From contig NC_135901.1 of NCBI RefSeq assembly GCF_964194155.1, positions 16,740,001 through 16,804,000 on the forward strand: 64,000 nt of DNA, read 5' to 3'. Under the pieces are notes generated by a model. The model was not told where the DNA came from and searched no databases. It saw nothing but the letters and a program-made list of their open reading frames with translations. Position numbers and translations under genes: made by a program. Within the stretch, counting starts at the first letter, position 1, and each line of letters begins with the position of its first letter. Shown here in pieces: positions 10,990-23,379 of the stretch. The stretch comes from Cetorhinus maximus (lineage: Eukaryota).

Positions 10990-12878
10990 TTGAAGTGCTC
11001 TCCCTCTCCTCTGTCTCCTTCATCCACACCTCCAACAACAAGTGTGAGGAGCTCATGGATCTTTTTTGTCACTACGATTGAGACAATCCGATCAGCTGCT
11101 TTCCTCCTTCCACTGGCCCACTGGGCCAAACTCTTTCTAAAGCTCCCCCTTGCCCCTTGCCCTGAACCTGTGTTTTTCTCCAGTTTCGCCCCTCTCTCCC
11201 CTCTTGCCCTCTCAGAGGTCATCTTGTCAATGTCTGATGCCTTGGCACTATTCTCACGAAACTGCTGACCATCCATTTTCTCCATGTTAGCTGATATTGT
11301 TAATGGTTCTTTCTCTTATCTGTCCCTCTTGCCTTAAAATCCACCACCATCACCCTCCTGAGAAGAAACAAACCTTTATCCCACCATCTTTACAACCTAC
11401 CACCCCATCTCCAAACTCCTTTTTCTCTACAAAGTCCTTGAACTTGGTGTCCCCCAAGGATCTATCTTTGGCCCCTCCTATTTCTCATCTACAAGCTGCC
11501 ACTAGGCAACATCATCCAGAAGCACCGTGTTAGTTTTCACATGTACACTGACAATGCCCAGCTCTACCTCACCACCATCCCTCTCCATTCCTCCACTGTT
11601 ACTAAATTATCAAACTGCTTATCCGACACCAAGTACTGAATGAGCAGGAATTTTCTCCAATCAAAATTTGGGAAGACCAAAACTATTGTCTTCAGTCACC
11701 ACTTCGAATTGTCAAGGAACTATCAGATTTTTTTCAGATATTATTGTGGCATATTGTAAAGCAAGCTTATGGTTCAGTGTGTGTGGCTAATTTAATTAAC
11801 TAAAGACAATTAGACTGCAAGGTTTAAATTATCAAAGGAGTGAGGTGTAAAAGAAGCATTTGAGATGGGGATGAGTGAGCTAGAATGAGGTCTCAGTGGA
11901 TAAGGTGTGAAGGTAATTTACGTGTTTAGATAAATGAAGGAGTTGTTTGATTTTCAAAGGGATGGTGTAATGTTTACAACTGACAAGATAAGTCAGGCAA
12001 AGTGATTGCATTTGTTTTTCCCAAAAGTGCTGGCCATAATAACAACGTGAAAGATATTTGTATTCTGGGAAAAGTAACTTCGAAAGACAAAGAGAAACAA
12101 TGGGATTTACAAATCATAAGGTATAAAATATATTTAAAGAAGGATGGGAGGTTGTGTGGGGTATGGCCATGTGAGACCTTGAAAGGTGCAACGTGTGAAA
12201 CAGACTTGGGGGGGGGGGAGGTGGTGAGGGGTGGGGGGGGGGGGGTGGGGGAAGCCTCAAGCTACCCTCCAGAAGTTTGCTGTTCTAGTAACCAAGGTTG
12301 TGTTAAAAGCCGTTGGAATTTCACTGTCGAGTGGGTGCTAGTGGTAATAGTATTGAATGTCTTTATAAATTGGGAATCTATTTGGGCTGTTGCCTTAAAG
12401 GAAGTGTGTAGTTGGTAGTCTGGTTAAGTATGAATTTTGTGAAATGCTATAAGATTAAGTAACTGTGTAACCGTGATTTTATGTGCGTGTTTAAGTTTTT
12501 TCTTATTTTTATTTTCTTAAGTTTTTATTAAAGTTAATAAATACTTTAAATTAATCTTTAAAATCTCTGAAGGTGGCCGTGGACTCATTACTTCTGACTT
12601 CAGTGCACAAGCCTCCTTGTAATAAATGCAAATAGAAAAATCATTGTGATAGTTTGGCCAAGTCTCCCTTGTGGATTTGATCAGCCTGGAAAATTCTGTT
12701 CCATAACGGCCGTGTGCATCCCTCTCCCTGGGAACTGTCTGAGGCTCAACCACACTGTTCACAGTCCTGGTGTCAGATTTAACCCCAAGATAAGTTTCTG
12801 ACCACATATCCACACCATCACTAACACCAGATATTTTAATCTCCATAATGTCGCCTGTCTCCACCCCACCCCAGCTCA
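10990..12878 (+). mobile_element. L2-type LINE relic interrupted by a ~1-kb insertion
   Basis: gtcccccaaggatct (VPQGS), tacactgacaatgcccagctctac (YADD-like); resumes after 12708. Confidence 0.65.
11711..12708. mobile_element. Probable solo LTR
   Basis: Splits the L2 relic; imperfect inverted ends tgtcaaggaac / gttccataac; internal TATA- and AATAAA-like motifs; non-coding. Confidence 0.4.
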
Positions 12879-12879
12879 T

Positions 12880-13260
12880 ATGGGACACTTGCCTTTATTA
12901 ATCGAGACACAGAATATAAAAGCAGGGAGGTTATGTTGGAGTGTATACAATGTGAGTTAGGCCACAGCTGGAGTACTGTGTGCAATTCTGGTCACCAAAC
13001 TATAGGAAGGATGTGATTGCACTGGAGAGGGTGCAGAGGGGATTCACTAGGATGTTTTCTGGGCTGGAGCGTTTCAGCTATGAAGAGAGACTGGATAGGC
13101 GAGGGTTGTTTTCCTTCGAGCAGAGAAGGCTGAGGGGGGACCTGAAAGAGGTGTACAAAATTATGAGGGGCATAGATCGGGTAGATAGGAAGAAACATTT
13201 TCCCTTAGAGGTGGTGTCAATAACCAGGGGGCATAGATTGAAAATAAAGGGCAGGGGATT
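12880..13260 (+). mobile_element. CR1 LINE fragment
   Basis: ORF QFWSPNYRKDVIALERVQR. Confidence 0.85.
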
Positions 13261-13574
13261 TGCGGAACCAGCAAGATCCCACAACTAATCTGATAATGAG
13301 CAGATAATCTGTATTTGTGATGTTGATTTGAGTGTGGAAGGGGATGTGTAAAGAGCTGGTCATTGTATAGAGATGTGAACCAAGGAAATGGTACCTGTGT
13401 GTAATAGTGACACAGCCTTATGTTCACACTCAGAACAATACACAGATATCCTTGTGGTTATGGTTTGAACAGGGCCAGATGATGAATGTAAATATCTCCA
13501 GTGTAGCTGCAGCTTCTTAGATCAGAGCTGGGGAGAAGAGAGCTCCGAATCCACTGCATTATCTTCCCATGGAG

Positions 13575-13900
13575 AGGTTGTGCAGTCAGCAGTTTAGTGG
13601 GAATAGTGTCAATGGAGCAGGAGGTGTGTCTCATGGACAAGATGAGCTCTGAGAGGGCATGAGGGGAGGTGGGAGAGAAACTAGAGGAAGATGTGAGTTC
13701 AAAGCTCGGTGTAAGGGGAACTTTAGGGGAGGTTTGGCCCAGTAGGTTAGGGGAAGGGAGGGAAACAACAGAGGCAGCTGGTTGGATTGTCTCAATTTTA
13801 GTGACAAAGAAGACCATGAGCTGCCCCTCCATGAGCACTTGTTGGGGGTGAGGATGGAGGAGACAGGGTAGAGGGAGAGCAATTCAAAAGGAGCTAACAC
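13575..13900 (-). mobile_element. L2 relic co-duplicated with the subfamily B 3' flank
   Basis: FFVTKIETI motif shared with ~11060 and ~59850. Confidence 0.7.
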
Positions 13901-14081
13901 GTTAGAGATATTAAAATGACTCAACATATTGTGTAATTTAAAACAGAGCTGATTTATTTAACTTTTATCCAGAATATTAATCCCTATAACTGGGCTGGAG
14001 TTCATTTGCATCAGCAGAAATAAACTAGGAACGTAGTTCAGTTCTAAATGTGATTAACAGCAAAATTCAAGCACTATAATT

Positions 14082-14357
14082 TTTTTTTACTTATTTGTTC
14101 ATGGGATGTGGGTGTCGCTGGTGTCACTGGCTGGGCCAGCATTTATTGCCTATCCCTAATTGCCCTTGAGAAGGTGGTGGTGAGCTGCCTTCTTGAATCA
14201 CTGCAGTCCATGTGGGATAGGTACACCCACAGTGCTGTTAGGAAGTGGGTTCCAGGATTTTTCTTCCAGTGACAGTGAAGGAACGGCGATATAGTCCCAA
14301 GTCAGAATGATGTGTAGCTTGGTGGGGAACTTGAAGATGATGGCATTCTCATGCATC
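14082..14357 (-). mobile_element. 3' end of the second LINE family, inserted at the gene 3 stop codon
   Basis: Matches 24720-24960 and 41695-41940. Confidence 0.75.
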
Positions 14358-15056
14358 TTTGTGAACTCGCTGGTGTCTCAGCAGGGTGGATGAGTGAGCA
14401 AACCCCTTCTGACATACGGTGCAGGTGAATGGCCTCTCCCCAGTGTGAACTCGCTGGTGCTCCAGCTGGTTGGATAATGTAGTGAATCCCTTTCCACACA
14501 AGGAGCAGGTGAACGGCCTCTCCCCAGTGTGAATGCGCTGGTGTGTCAGCAGGTTGGCTAACTGAGTGAATCCCTTCCCACACTCAGAGCAGGTGAACGG
14601 CCTCTCTCCAGTGTGAACTCGCTGGTGTACAGTGAGGTCAGATAATTGCCTGAACCCAGTATGGCACCGAGAGCACCTGAATGGCCTCTCATCAGTGTGA
14701 ATACGTTGATGGCGCATCAGTTCACCAGAACTTTTATAGCACTTCCCACAGTCTGGGCATTTAAAAGGTTTCTCATCAGAGTGAACTCGCTGGTGAGCCA
14801 ATAGGTTGCATGACAGAGTGAATCCCTTCCCACACTCGGAGCAGGTGAACGGCTTCTCCCCGGTGTGACTGCGCCGATGAGATTCCAGCTGAACTGGAAA
14901 ATTGAATCCTTTCCCACAATCCCCACATTTACAGGGTTTCTCCTCAGTGTGACTGCGCTTGTGTCTCGACAGGTCAGATGATCGGTTGAAGCCTCGTCCA
15001 CACACAGAACATGTGTACGGTTTCTCCCAACTGTGAACGGTGTTGTTTCCTTCCAT
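14349..15056 (-). CDS. C2H2 zinc-finger protein, 8 fingers, subfamily B (gene 3)
   Basis: [17 protein letters not shown]...; acceptor at 15166-15167; stop codon lies in an inserted LINE fragment. Confidence 0.88.
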   Translation of the reverse strand: MEGNNTVHSWEKPYTCSVCGRGFNRSSDLSRHKRSHTEEKPCKCGDCGKGFNFPVQLESHRRSHTGEKPFTCSECGKGFTLSCNLLAHQRVHSDEKPFKCPDCGKCYKSSGELMRHQRIHTDERPFRCSRCHTGFRQLSDLTVHQRVHTGERPFTCSECGKGFTQLANLLTHQRIHTGERPFTCSLCGKGFTTLSNQLEHQRVHTGERPFTCTVCQKGFAHSSTLLRHQRVHKDA

Positions 15057-15589
15057 GTTCAAAATCCGACAATATTCAGGTTACGATAAATTGTGCAACT
15101 CTGTTAGATCCTGATGTGATGTTGGGTTTGAATTTCCTGACTGTAAATTCTTCCCCTCTAATAGCCTGTGAAATTGATTTAAAACAGAGAAAAGGGAGTG
15201 AGTGAGAGAACCCACAAAGGCAGATTGTGAAATTGAGCTGAATGAATCTGGTAATTTGTGGGGCCGGCACTAGGGAAAAGTGACCATGAAAACTGCTGGA
15301 TTGTCATAAAAGCCCAACTGGTTCACTAATGTCCTTCAGGGAAAGGGATCCACCATCTCATCTGGATCTGGACTCGGGCTTCTAAGAGAGAACAGGCAGA
15401 CATTGAGATGTGGGAGCATTAGGGGGCAAAGGAGAGGGATTTTGTATATCCACAACTCAACCTAAACTTTGACAGAAACTTCCAAACCCTCAACTTCTAC
15501 TATCTGTAAGGACCAGAGAAGCAGGTGTATGTGAACACCATCACTTCCAAGTTCCCCTCCAAGTTGAAACCGTCTTGACTTGTCTGACT

Positions 15590-16375
15590 CCTAGTACTGG
15601 ATGAACAGAAATTTCCTCCAGTTAAATATCGTGAAGACCAAAGACATTGTCTTCAGTCCCCGTTCTAAACTATTCCATAGCCACTGACTTCATTCCTCTC
15701 CCTGGCAACTGTCCCAGGCTGGACTAGACTGGGCACAATCTCAGTGTCATGTTTCCCCCCAGCTGATCTCCTGACCACAGAACACCGCCTATTTCCACCT
15801 CAGTAACCTCACCTGCTTTTCCCGAGTCAGCTAATCTGCTTCTGAAACTATCATCCACTCCACTCCCTAAATTTGACTATTCTAATTCATCCCACATTCA
15901 ACCTCTCTGTAAAGCTGAGATCATCCAAAACTCTGCTACCCTTCACTGCTCTGCTCACTGAGCTACTTAGGCTTCAGGTTGAGCAGTGCTTCAAATCTTA
16001 AAACTTTCATCTGTTTCCAAATCTCTCCAAAGCTTTGCCCACCCCTATTTCTGTCATCTCCTCCAGCCCCACAGTCCTCTGAGATCTCTGTGCTCATCTA
16101 ATTCCAATCTCTTCAGCATCCCCATTTTCAGTTCCTTCAGTGTTTGTGGCTGGGCCAAAGGCAAAAACTCACAATATCCCTCATGAAATCTCTCCACCTC
16201 TGTAACTTACTTTCCTCATTAAGACACTCCTTCAAACCTACCTCTTTGACCAAACTTTTGACTTTCTTCCCTGATATCTCCGTGTGTCTCGGTGTCAGAT
16301 GTTGCTTTGTAAAACTCCCATAAAACACCCTGGAATGTTTGATTACATCAAAGGCACTATATAAATGAAAGTCAA
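15590..16375 (+). mobile_element. L2 LINE 3' relic
   Basis: Ends in the aaaggcactatataaatg tail; homologous to 32900-34160. Confidence 0.65.
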
Positions 16376-17145
16376 TGTTACAGACTTGGACACATATCAC
16401 CATTATAAATGTAAGTCAATGTTACAGACTAGGACACATATCACCGTTATAAATGTAAGTCAATGTTACAGACTAGGACACATATCACCGTTATAAATGT
16501 AAGTCAATGTTACAGACTGGGACACACATCACCATTATAAATGTAAGTCAGTGTTACAGACTGGGACACACATCACCGTTATAAATGTAAGGCAGCGTTA
16601 CAGACTTGGACACACATCACCGTTATAAATGTAAATCAATGTTACAGACTTAGACACACTCACCATTATAAATGTAAGTCAGTGTTACAGACTGGGACAC
16701 ACATCACCGTTATAAATGTAAGTCAATTACAGACTGGGACACACATCACCGTTATAAATGTAAGTCAGTGTTACAGACTGGGACACACATCACCGTTATA
16801 AATGTCAGTCAATTACAGACTGGGACACACATCACCGTTATAAATGTAAGTCAGTGTTACAGACTGGGACATACATCACCGTTTAAATGTAAGTCAGTGT
16901 TACAGACTGGGACACACACACCGTTATAAGTGTAAGTCAGTGTTACAGACTGGGACACACATCACCGTTATAAATGTAAGTCAGTGTTACAGACTGGGAC
17001 ACACATCACCGTTATAAATGTAAGTCAATGTTACAGACTGGGACACACATCACCGTTATAAATGTAAGTCAATGTTACAGACTGGGACACACATCACCGT
17101 TATAAATGTAAGTCAGTGTTACAGACTGGGACACACATCACTGTT
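16360..17145 (+). repeat. 44-bp minisatellite, ~18 copies
   Basis: Unit ATAAATGTAAGTCAGTGTTACAGACTGGGACACACATCACCGTT repeated head-to-tail without spacers. Confidence 0.95.
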
Positions 17146-17369
17146 GCTTCATCACTGGATGAAGATCCTCTCAGTCTTTACCTAACAGTTTTGTGGAAGC
17201 CCCTTCACCACACGGGCTGCAGCGGTTCAAGAACAAAACCCACCATCAATTTCTCAACAGGTAACTGGGGATTGGCAATATGAGCTGCCTTGCTACTGAC
17301 TCCTATAAGCCCATCATAAATTAAAAGTATCTGCCTGTGTGAAATGGATTAACAGCTCCTGCAGGAATC

Positions 17370-17800
17370 CTTGTTCCTCCCGCTCCCGGCCGCTCCCATT
17401 CATACTCCAGGAGCCGCGCTCACTCTCACTGAGGCTGCGCATGCTCCGCGCAGACAGGCGGCTTCCGGGGGCGGAGCCTTCCTGCGCCTGCGCGTTACGG
17501 CCCTTCTGATGGAGATAGGGCGTATTCACTCCCGCGGAGCATTCTGGGTCTCCTTATCCGCCATCATTCAAAAAGCGTCCGGAGGGTGAGAAGTCTGTTC
17601 CAGTAATTTTGATACAATCCGTTCTTTACACCGAGAGGGCCGACACTGTTGATGTTTCTGCCAGTGACAGGTCCGGGTTAGCAGCCGCCATCTTTATAGG
17701 GATAATGTGCAGCCTGGCGCATGCGCAGCCGCTATCTCTATAGGGGGCAGAGCGCAGGCGCGGCCATCCTTGGACCGGATGCAGGAAGAAAAGAGGTTGT
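17370..17800. promoter_or_regulatory. Bidirectional CpG-island promoter between divergent genes 3 and 4
   Basis: NRF1-type sites at 17436, 17483, 17717; ETS cttccgg 17462; GC box; YY1-type site at 17684. Confidence 0.7.
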
Positions 17801-18249
17801 GAATTTCTCACCTGGACTCAGTGAAACCTCCCTGGAAACTCCTTTTACAGGAGTTAGAACAGGAGGATTCCCAAGCGGGAACCTCAAACCAAATATCATG
17901 TCATGATCTGACAGTTACTCGATTCATCAGGACCTGAATATCATCGTCCTCAGAATGTGGAAGGTGAAATGTCTGTGGGCAAAGATTACAGATATTAGAG
18001 AGACTGGGAAACTTTTAATGATCTTTTCAGGTTAAATTTGAGACCAATTCCATCGATCTCGTTGGGAATGTTGAAGAATTTTTTGTATGCAGGCAAATTA
18101 CCTCGTGTGCTTAAATAAACATACTTGGCAGCTAAAGTGGGCAAACCGTTGAGCTGTGTTATTAGTGAGAGTTACAGTCCCAGTTTTGGGTAAAGTTTGT
18201 TGTCCATGTCGCAATTCATTCAGTCCGCTGTGTCCGTGATGACCGACTA

Positions 18250-19920
18250 GTGGTCATCCAGCCAGATCCCAATTTCCAGTTCTTGGTCCGTAGCCTTGCA
18301 GGTTACATCACTTCAAGTGTACATCCAAATACCTAGAGCCATAGAGCTATACAGCACAGAAACAGGCCCTTTGGCCTATCATGTCTGCCCCGGTCATTAT
18401 CTGCTCTAATCTAATTTTCCAACACTTGACCCGTAGCCCTGTATGCTATGACGTTTCAAATGTTCATCTAAATACTTCTTAAATGTTTTGAGGGTTCACA
18501 CCCTTTCAGGCAGTGAGCTCCATATACCCCCCACCCTCTGGGTGAAAAGATTTTTCCTCAAATCCCTCTAAAGCTCCTGCCCCTTACCTTAAATCTATGT
18601 CCCCTGGTTATTGACCCTCCACTAAGGGGGAAAGTTTCTTCCTATCTACCCTATCTATGCCCCACATAATTTTGTTCACCCCAATCAGGTCCCTCCTCAG
18701 CCTTCTCTGTTCTAAGAAAAATAACCCCAGCCTATCCAGTCTCTTCATAGCTGAAACATCCAACCTAGGCAACATCCTGGTGAATTTCCTCTGCACCCTC
18801 TCCAGTGCAAACATATCCTTCCTACAGTGCGGCGACCAGAACTGCATACACTACTCCAGATGTGGCCTAACTAATGCTTTATACAGCTCCATCATAATGT
18901 CCCTGCTCTTGTATTCAATGCATTGACTAATAAAGACAAATATCCAATATGCCTTCTTAACCACGTTATACACCTGTCCTGCTGCCTGCAAGATCTATGG
19001 ACATGCACACAAAGGTCCCTCTGATCCTTTCTACTTCCTAAAGTCCTATCATTCTCATGTACTCCCTTGCCTTGTTAGTCCTCCCAAAATGCATCACCTC
19101 ACATTTTCAGGATTAAATTCCACTTGCCACTGTCCTGCCCATCTGACAGCCCATCTATATTGTCCTGTGGTCTAAAGCTTTCCTCCTTGCTATTTCCCAC
19201 ACCACAGATTTTCATTTCATCTGCGAACTTACTGATCATAGCTCCTAGATTCATGTCTAGATCATTAATGTACACTTTTTAAATGTTATGAGGGTTTCTG
19301 CATCTACCATCCTTTCAGGCAGCGGGTTACAGCTCCCCACCACCCTCTGGGTGAAAAAGAATTCCCTCATATCCCCTCTATACCTCCTACTTCCTTCCCC
19401 TCATTATGGACCCCTCAACCAAAGGGAATAGCCTTCCTATCCAATCTATCTAAACCCCTCATAATTTTATACATTTCCTTTAAGTCTCCCCTCAACCTCC
19501 TCTGTTCCAAAGAAAACAACCCCAGCCTATCCAATCTTACCTCAGAGCTAAAATTCTCCATTCCTGGCACATCTTCTTATATCCCCCCTGTACTCTCTCT
19601 GGTGCGATCACATCCTGTACTGTACACAGCACTCTAGCTCTGGCATAACTAGTGTTTTATGCAGTTCAAGCAGAACCTTACTGCTCTTATATTCTATGCC
19701 TTGGCTAATAGGGGTAAATATCCTGTAGGCTTTCTCAATCACCATATCTTCCTGTCCTGCTACCTTCAGGGATCTGTGGACATGAACTCCAAGATCTCTC
19801 TGTTCCTCTACAATTCTCAGTATCCTTCCATTTATCATGTAATCCTTTGCCTGGTTTTCCCGACAGCTTTCTTCCTCATTATCAAACACACCACCATTTT
19901 TGTATCATCAGCAAACTTCC
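18250..19920 (-). mobile_element. Stacked CR1 3' fragments
   Basis: ORFs 18608-18847 and 19608-19889 are CR1 ORF2 C-termini. Confidence 0.8.
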
Positions 19921-19929
19921 TGTTCATGT

Positions 19930-21295
19930 CCATTAGATTGGAAAATTGCAAATATAACTCCTTTATTCAAAAAGGGAGGGAGACAGAAAGCAGGAGGCTA
20001 TAGATCAGTTAACCTAACATCTGTCATAGGGAAGATGTTAGACGCTATTATTAACGATGTTATAGCAGGGCACTTAGAATAATTCAAGGCAATCAGGAAG
20101 AGTCAACATGGAAATCATGTTTAACCAATTTATTGGAGTCCTTTGAAGGACTCACATGTGCTGCGGATAAAGGGGATGCAGTGGATGTACTGTACTTAGA
20201 TTTCCAGACGGCATTTGGTAAAGTACCACATCAAAGGTTATTACAGAAAATAAAAGATCTTGGTGTAGGGGGTAACATATTGGCATGGATAGAAGATTGG
20301 CTAGCTAACAAGAAGCAGAGAGTTGGCATAAATGGGTCTTTTTCTGGTTGGCAGAATGTAATGAGTGGTGTGCCATAGGGATCAGTGCTGGGGCCACGCC
20401 TATTTACAATTTATATAAATGATATGGATGAAGGAACCAAAGCAATGGTTTCTAAATTTGCTGACAACACAAAGATAGGTAGGAAAGTAAATTCTGAAGT
20501 GGACGTAAGGAGGCTACAAAGTGAAATAGATAGGTTAAGTGAGTGGGCAAAGATCTAAATGGTGAGAGATTGCAGAGCTCTGAGATTCAGAGGGATCTGG
20601 GTGTCCGAGTGCATGAACCAGAAAAGGCTGATGTGCAGGTACAACAGGTAATTAGGAAAGCTAATAGAATGTTAGAATTTATTGTGATGGAAATTGATTA
20701 CAAAAGTAGGGAGGTTATGCTTCAGTTGTACAGGGCATTGGTGAGACCACATCTGGAGTATTGTGTACAGTACTAATCTCCTTACTTAAAGAAAGATGAA
20801 AATGCATTGGAAGCAGTTCAGCGAAGGTTTACTAGACTAATACCAGGAATGTCTTATGAGGAAAGGCTGGACAGGTTAGGCTTGTATCCACTGGAACTTA
20901 GAAGAGTAAGAGGTGACTTAATTGAAATGTTTATGATCCTGAGGGGTCTTGACAGGGTGAATGTGGATAGGATGTTTCCTCTTATGGGAGAATCTAGTCA
21001 CCGTTTAAAAATAAGGGGTCGCTCATTTAAGACAGAGATGAGGAGAAATTGTTTCTCTCAGAGGGTTGTGAGTCTTTGGAACTCTCTTCCTCAAAAGGCA
21101 GTGGAAGCAGAGTCTTTGAATATTTTTAAGGCAGAGCTCGATAGATTCTTGATTAACAAGGGTGTGAAAGGTTATCGGGGGTAGGCAGGAATATGGGGTT
21201 GAGGTTACAATCAGATCAGCCATGATCTTATTGAGTGGCAGAGCAGGCTTGAGGGGCCGAGTGGCTTACTCCTGCTCCTAATTTGTTTGTTCATA
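19930..21295 (+). mobile_element. CR1 LINE, 5'-truncated, decayed RT
   Basis: DWKIANITPLFKKG, YLDFQ..F.KVPH, RPHLEYCVQ, CR1 3'UTR. Confidence 0.9.
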
Positions 21296-22194
21296 TTTAG
21301 GTCTGACTCAATTATACAAACCAGGAATGAAGGAGCCAATACTGAGCCCTGTGAAACCCCACTGGAAACAGCCTTCCATTCACAAAATACCACCCATGGA
21401 CCATCATAATCACTTCCTGCTGTTGAGCCAATTTTGGATTCAACTTGTAACTTTCTCTGGGATCCCATGAGTTTTTATTTTTCTGCCCAGTCTGCCATTT
21501 GGGACCTTGTAGATGTGGAGAGAGAATGTTTCCATTTGTCGGAGAATCCACAACTAGGAGCCAGAAATACAAGATAGTTACTGATAAATCCAGGAGGGAA
21601 ATAAGGAGAAATATGTTTACTCAGAGTGGTTAGAAAGTGGAACTCACGACCACAGGAAGTGGTTATGGCAAAAAGCTGAGATGATTTCAAAAGGAAACTA
21701 GATGAGTACATGAGAGAAAAAGGAATAGAAAGATGAACTGAAAGACTGAGCTGAGTTAGATGGAATGGAAGGGGAAGCGTGTGGTGTGTAAACACCAGCA
21801 CACACTAGTTGGTCCAATGGCCTCTTTCTATTCTATATTTTCTCTTTTTACAGGCATGGAGTGTCAAAGAGAAACTAAAACCAATTATCAAGATTTGTCA
21901 GAGCCACTCAATTCATCAGGACCTGAATATCATTGGCCCTTGAACGTAGAAGCAGAAATGTTTGTCTGTTCTGTCTGAGGAAAAAATTTCAAGCATCAGC
22001 GTGACTGGAAAAGACACCCACACACTCGAGTGAAAGTGTTCCAGTGCACTGACTGTGGAAAGAGCTTTGACCAGTTACACAGCCTGAAAAAGCATCATAC
22101 CATTCACAGTGAGGAGAAACTGTACACATGTACTGTTTGTGGACAAGGCTTTAATTGATCACCTAACCTGGAGAGACACAAGGACGCCCGCACC

Positions 22195-22698
22195 ATGGGG
22201 AAACCATGGAAATGTGGGGACTGTGGGAAGGGATTCAAATACTCATCCCGGCTGGAAACTCATCGACACACTCACACTGCGGGGAGACCGTTCCCCTGTT
22301 CCATGTGCCCAAAGGGATTCGCTCAGTCATCCGACCTTCTAAGGCACCAAGTCACTCACACTGAGGAGAGGCCATTCACCTGCTCCATGTGTGGGAAGGG
22401 ATTCATTAATTCATCCGACCTTCGGATACACCAGCGAGTTCACATTGGGGAGAGGCTGTTCACCTGTTCTGCCTGTGGGAAGGGATTCAGTCAGTCAGCC
22501 CACCTGCTGGCCCACCAGAGAGTTCACACTGGGGAGAGACAATTCTCCTGCTCCGACTGTGGGAAAGCATTCATCCATTCATCCCATCTGCTGAGACACC
22601 AGCGAGTTCACACTGGGGAGAGGTTGTTTACCTGCTCTGAGTGTGGGAAAGGGTTCACTCAGTCATCCCATCTGGTGAGGCACCAGCGAGTTCACTAG
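22195..22698 (+). CDS. C2H2 zinc-finger protein, 6 fingers, subfamily A (gene 4)
   Basis: 167-aa ORF, cgcaccATGG start; acceptor at 21852-21853; AATAAA at 22835. Confidence 0.85.
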   Translation: MGKPWKCGDCGKGFKYSSRLETHRHTHTAGRPFPCSMCPKGFAQSSDLLRHQVTHTEERPFTCSMCGKGFINSSDLRIHQRVHIGERLFTCSACGKGFSQSAHLLAHQRVHTGERQFSCSDCGKAFIHSSHLLRHQRVHTGERLFTCSECGKGFTQSSHLVRHQRVH

Positions 22699-23379
22699 TG
22701 ACTGCAGGGGTTGGATTCTGCTGTTATTGCTGCAGTTAATCACATCCAGGACTGAACCATGTTCATTCTGAGAGTTGGTGTTCCTTTCTGCCAATAATAA
22801 TTGCACTGAAGTTTAATATCCTGGTTATATATCAAATAAATCAGCTGTGTTAAACTCATTGTTGTAGATTTTTGTTTTTCCCACCTGAGTGTTTAACATC
22901 ACCTGGCTGGAGCTCAGAAAGGACAATCTGGGGGAGGATCATACGGCCGGAACAGAACTTCAACCTGGACACAGTCCAGGAGCACGATGACCATCCACAC
23001 GTCGTTCCTGTTGGATAAAATCAAACACAGCGTTTATTCTCCGTTTAGTTATCTGACCTTTCCATTTTGTACAGTTTACACTGATCTCCATGGTAACACA
23101 GATATTGTGTTTCCTTCTCTCGTTACTGAATACTCAATCTAAGACTTGTTTCTCCCAATTTATGTAGAACGTCATATGGACCTTCCCAAGTAGCCCCCCA
23201 CCCGTTTAACAATGTTTTTAACGTGACTTCATCTCCCATCGAACAGTTAATGTAACGGGTGGGGTGTTTCTCCCTGGAGGTGTTGAGATGGGCAGCACCA
23301 TCTTCTCCACTAACTGTAGCAGGGAGAATGCTGAGGTTTGTTGGAGGTTCTGGAGAAACTGGTCCTGAGTCTGTTGAGT

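Noticed and set aside
16360-17145. CRISPR-like array
   Set aside because: Units are contiguous with no unique spacers, there are no cas genes, and the context is eukaryotic
22156-22158. Selenocysteine or readthrough recoding of the conserved TGA
   Set aside because: Two paralogs have TAA, upstream fingers carry other stops and frameshifts, and no SECIS was recognised
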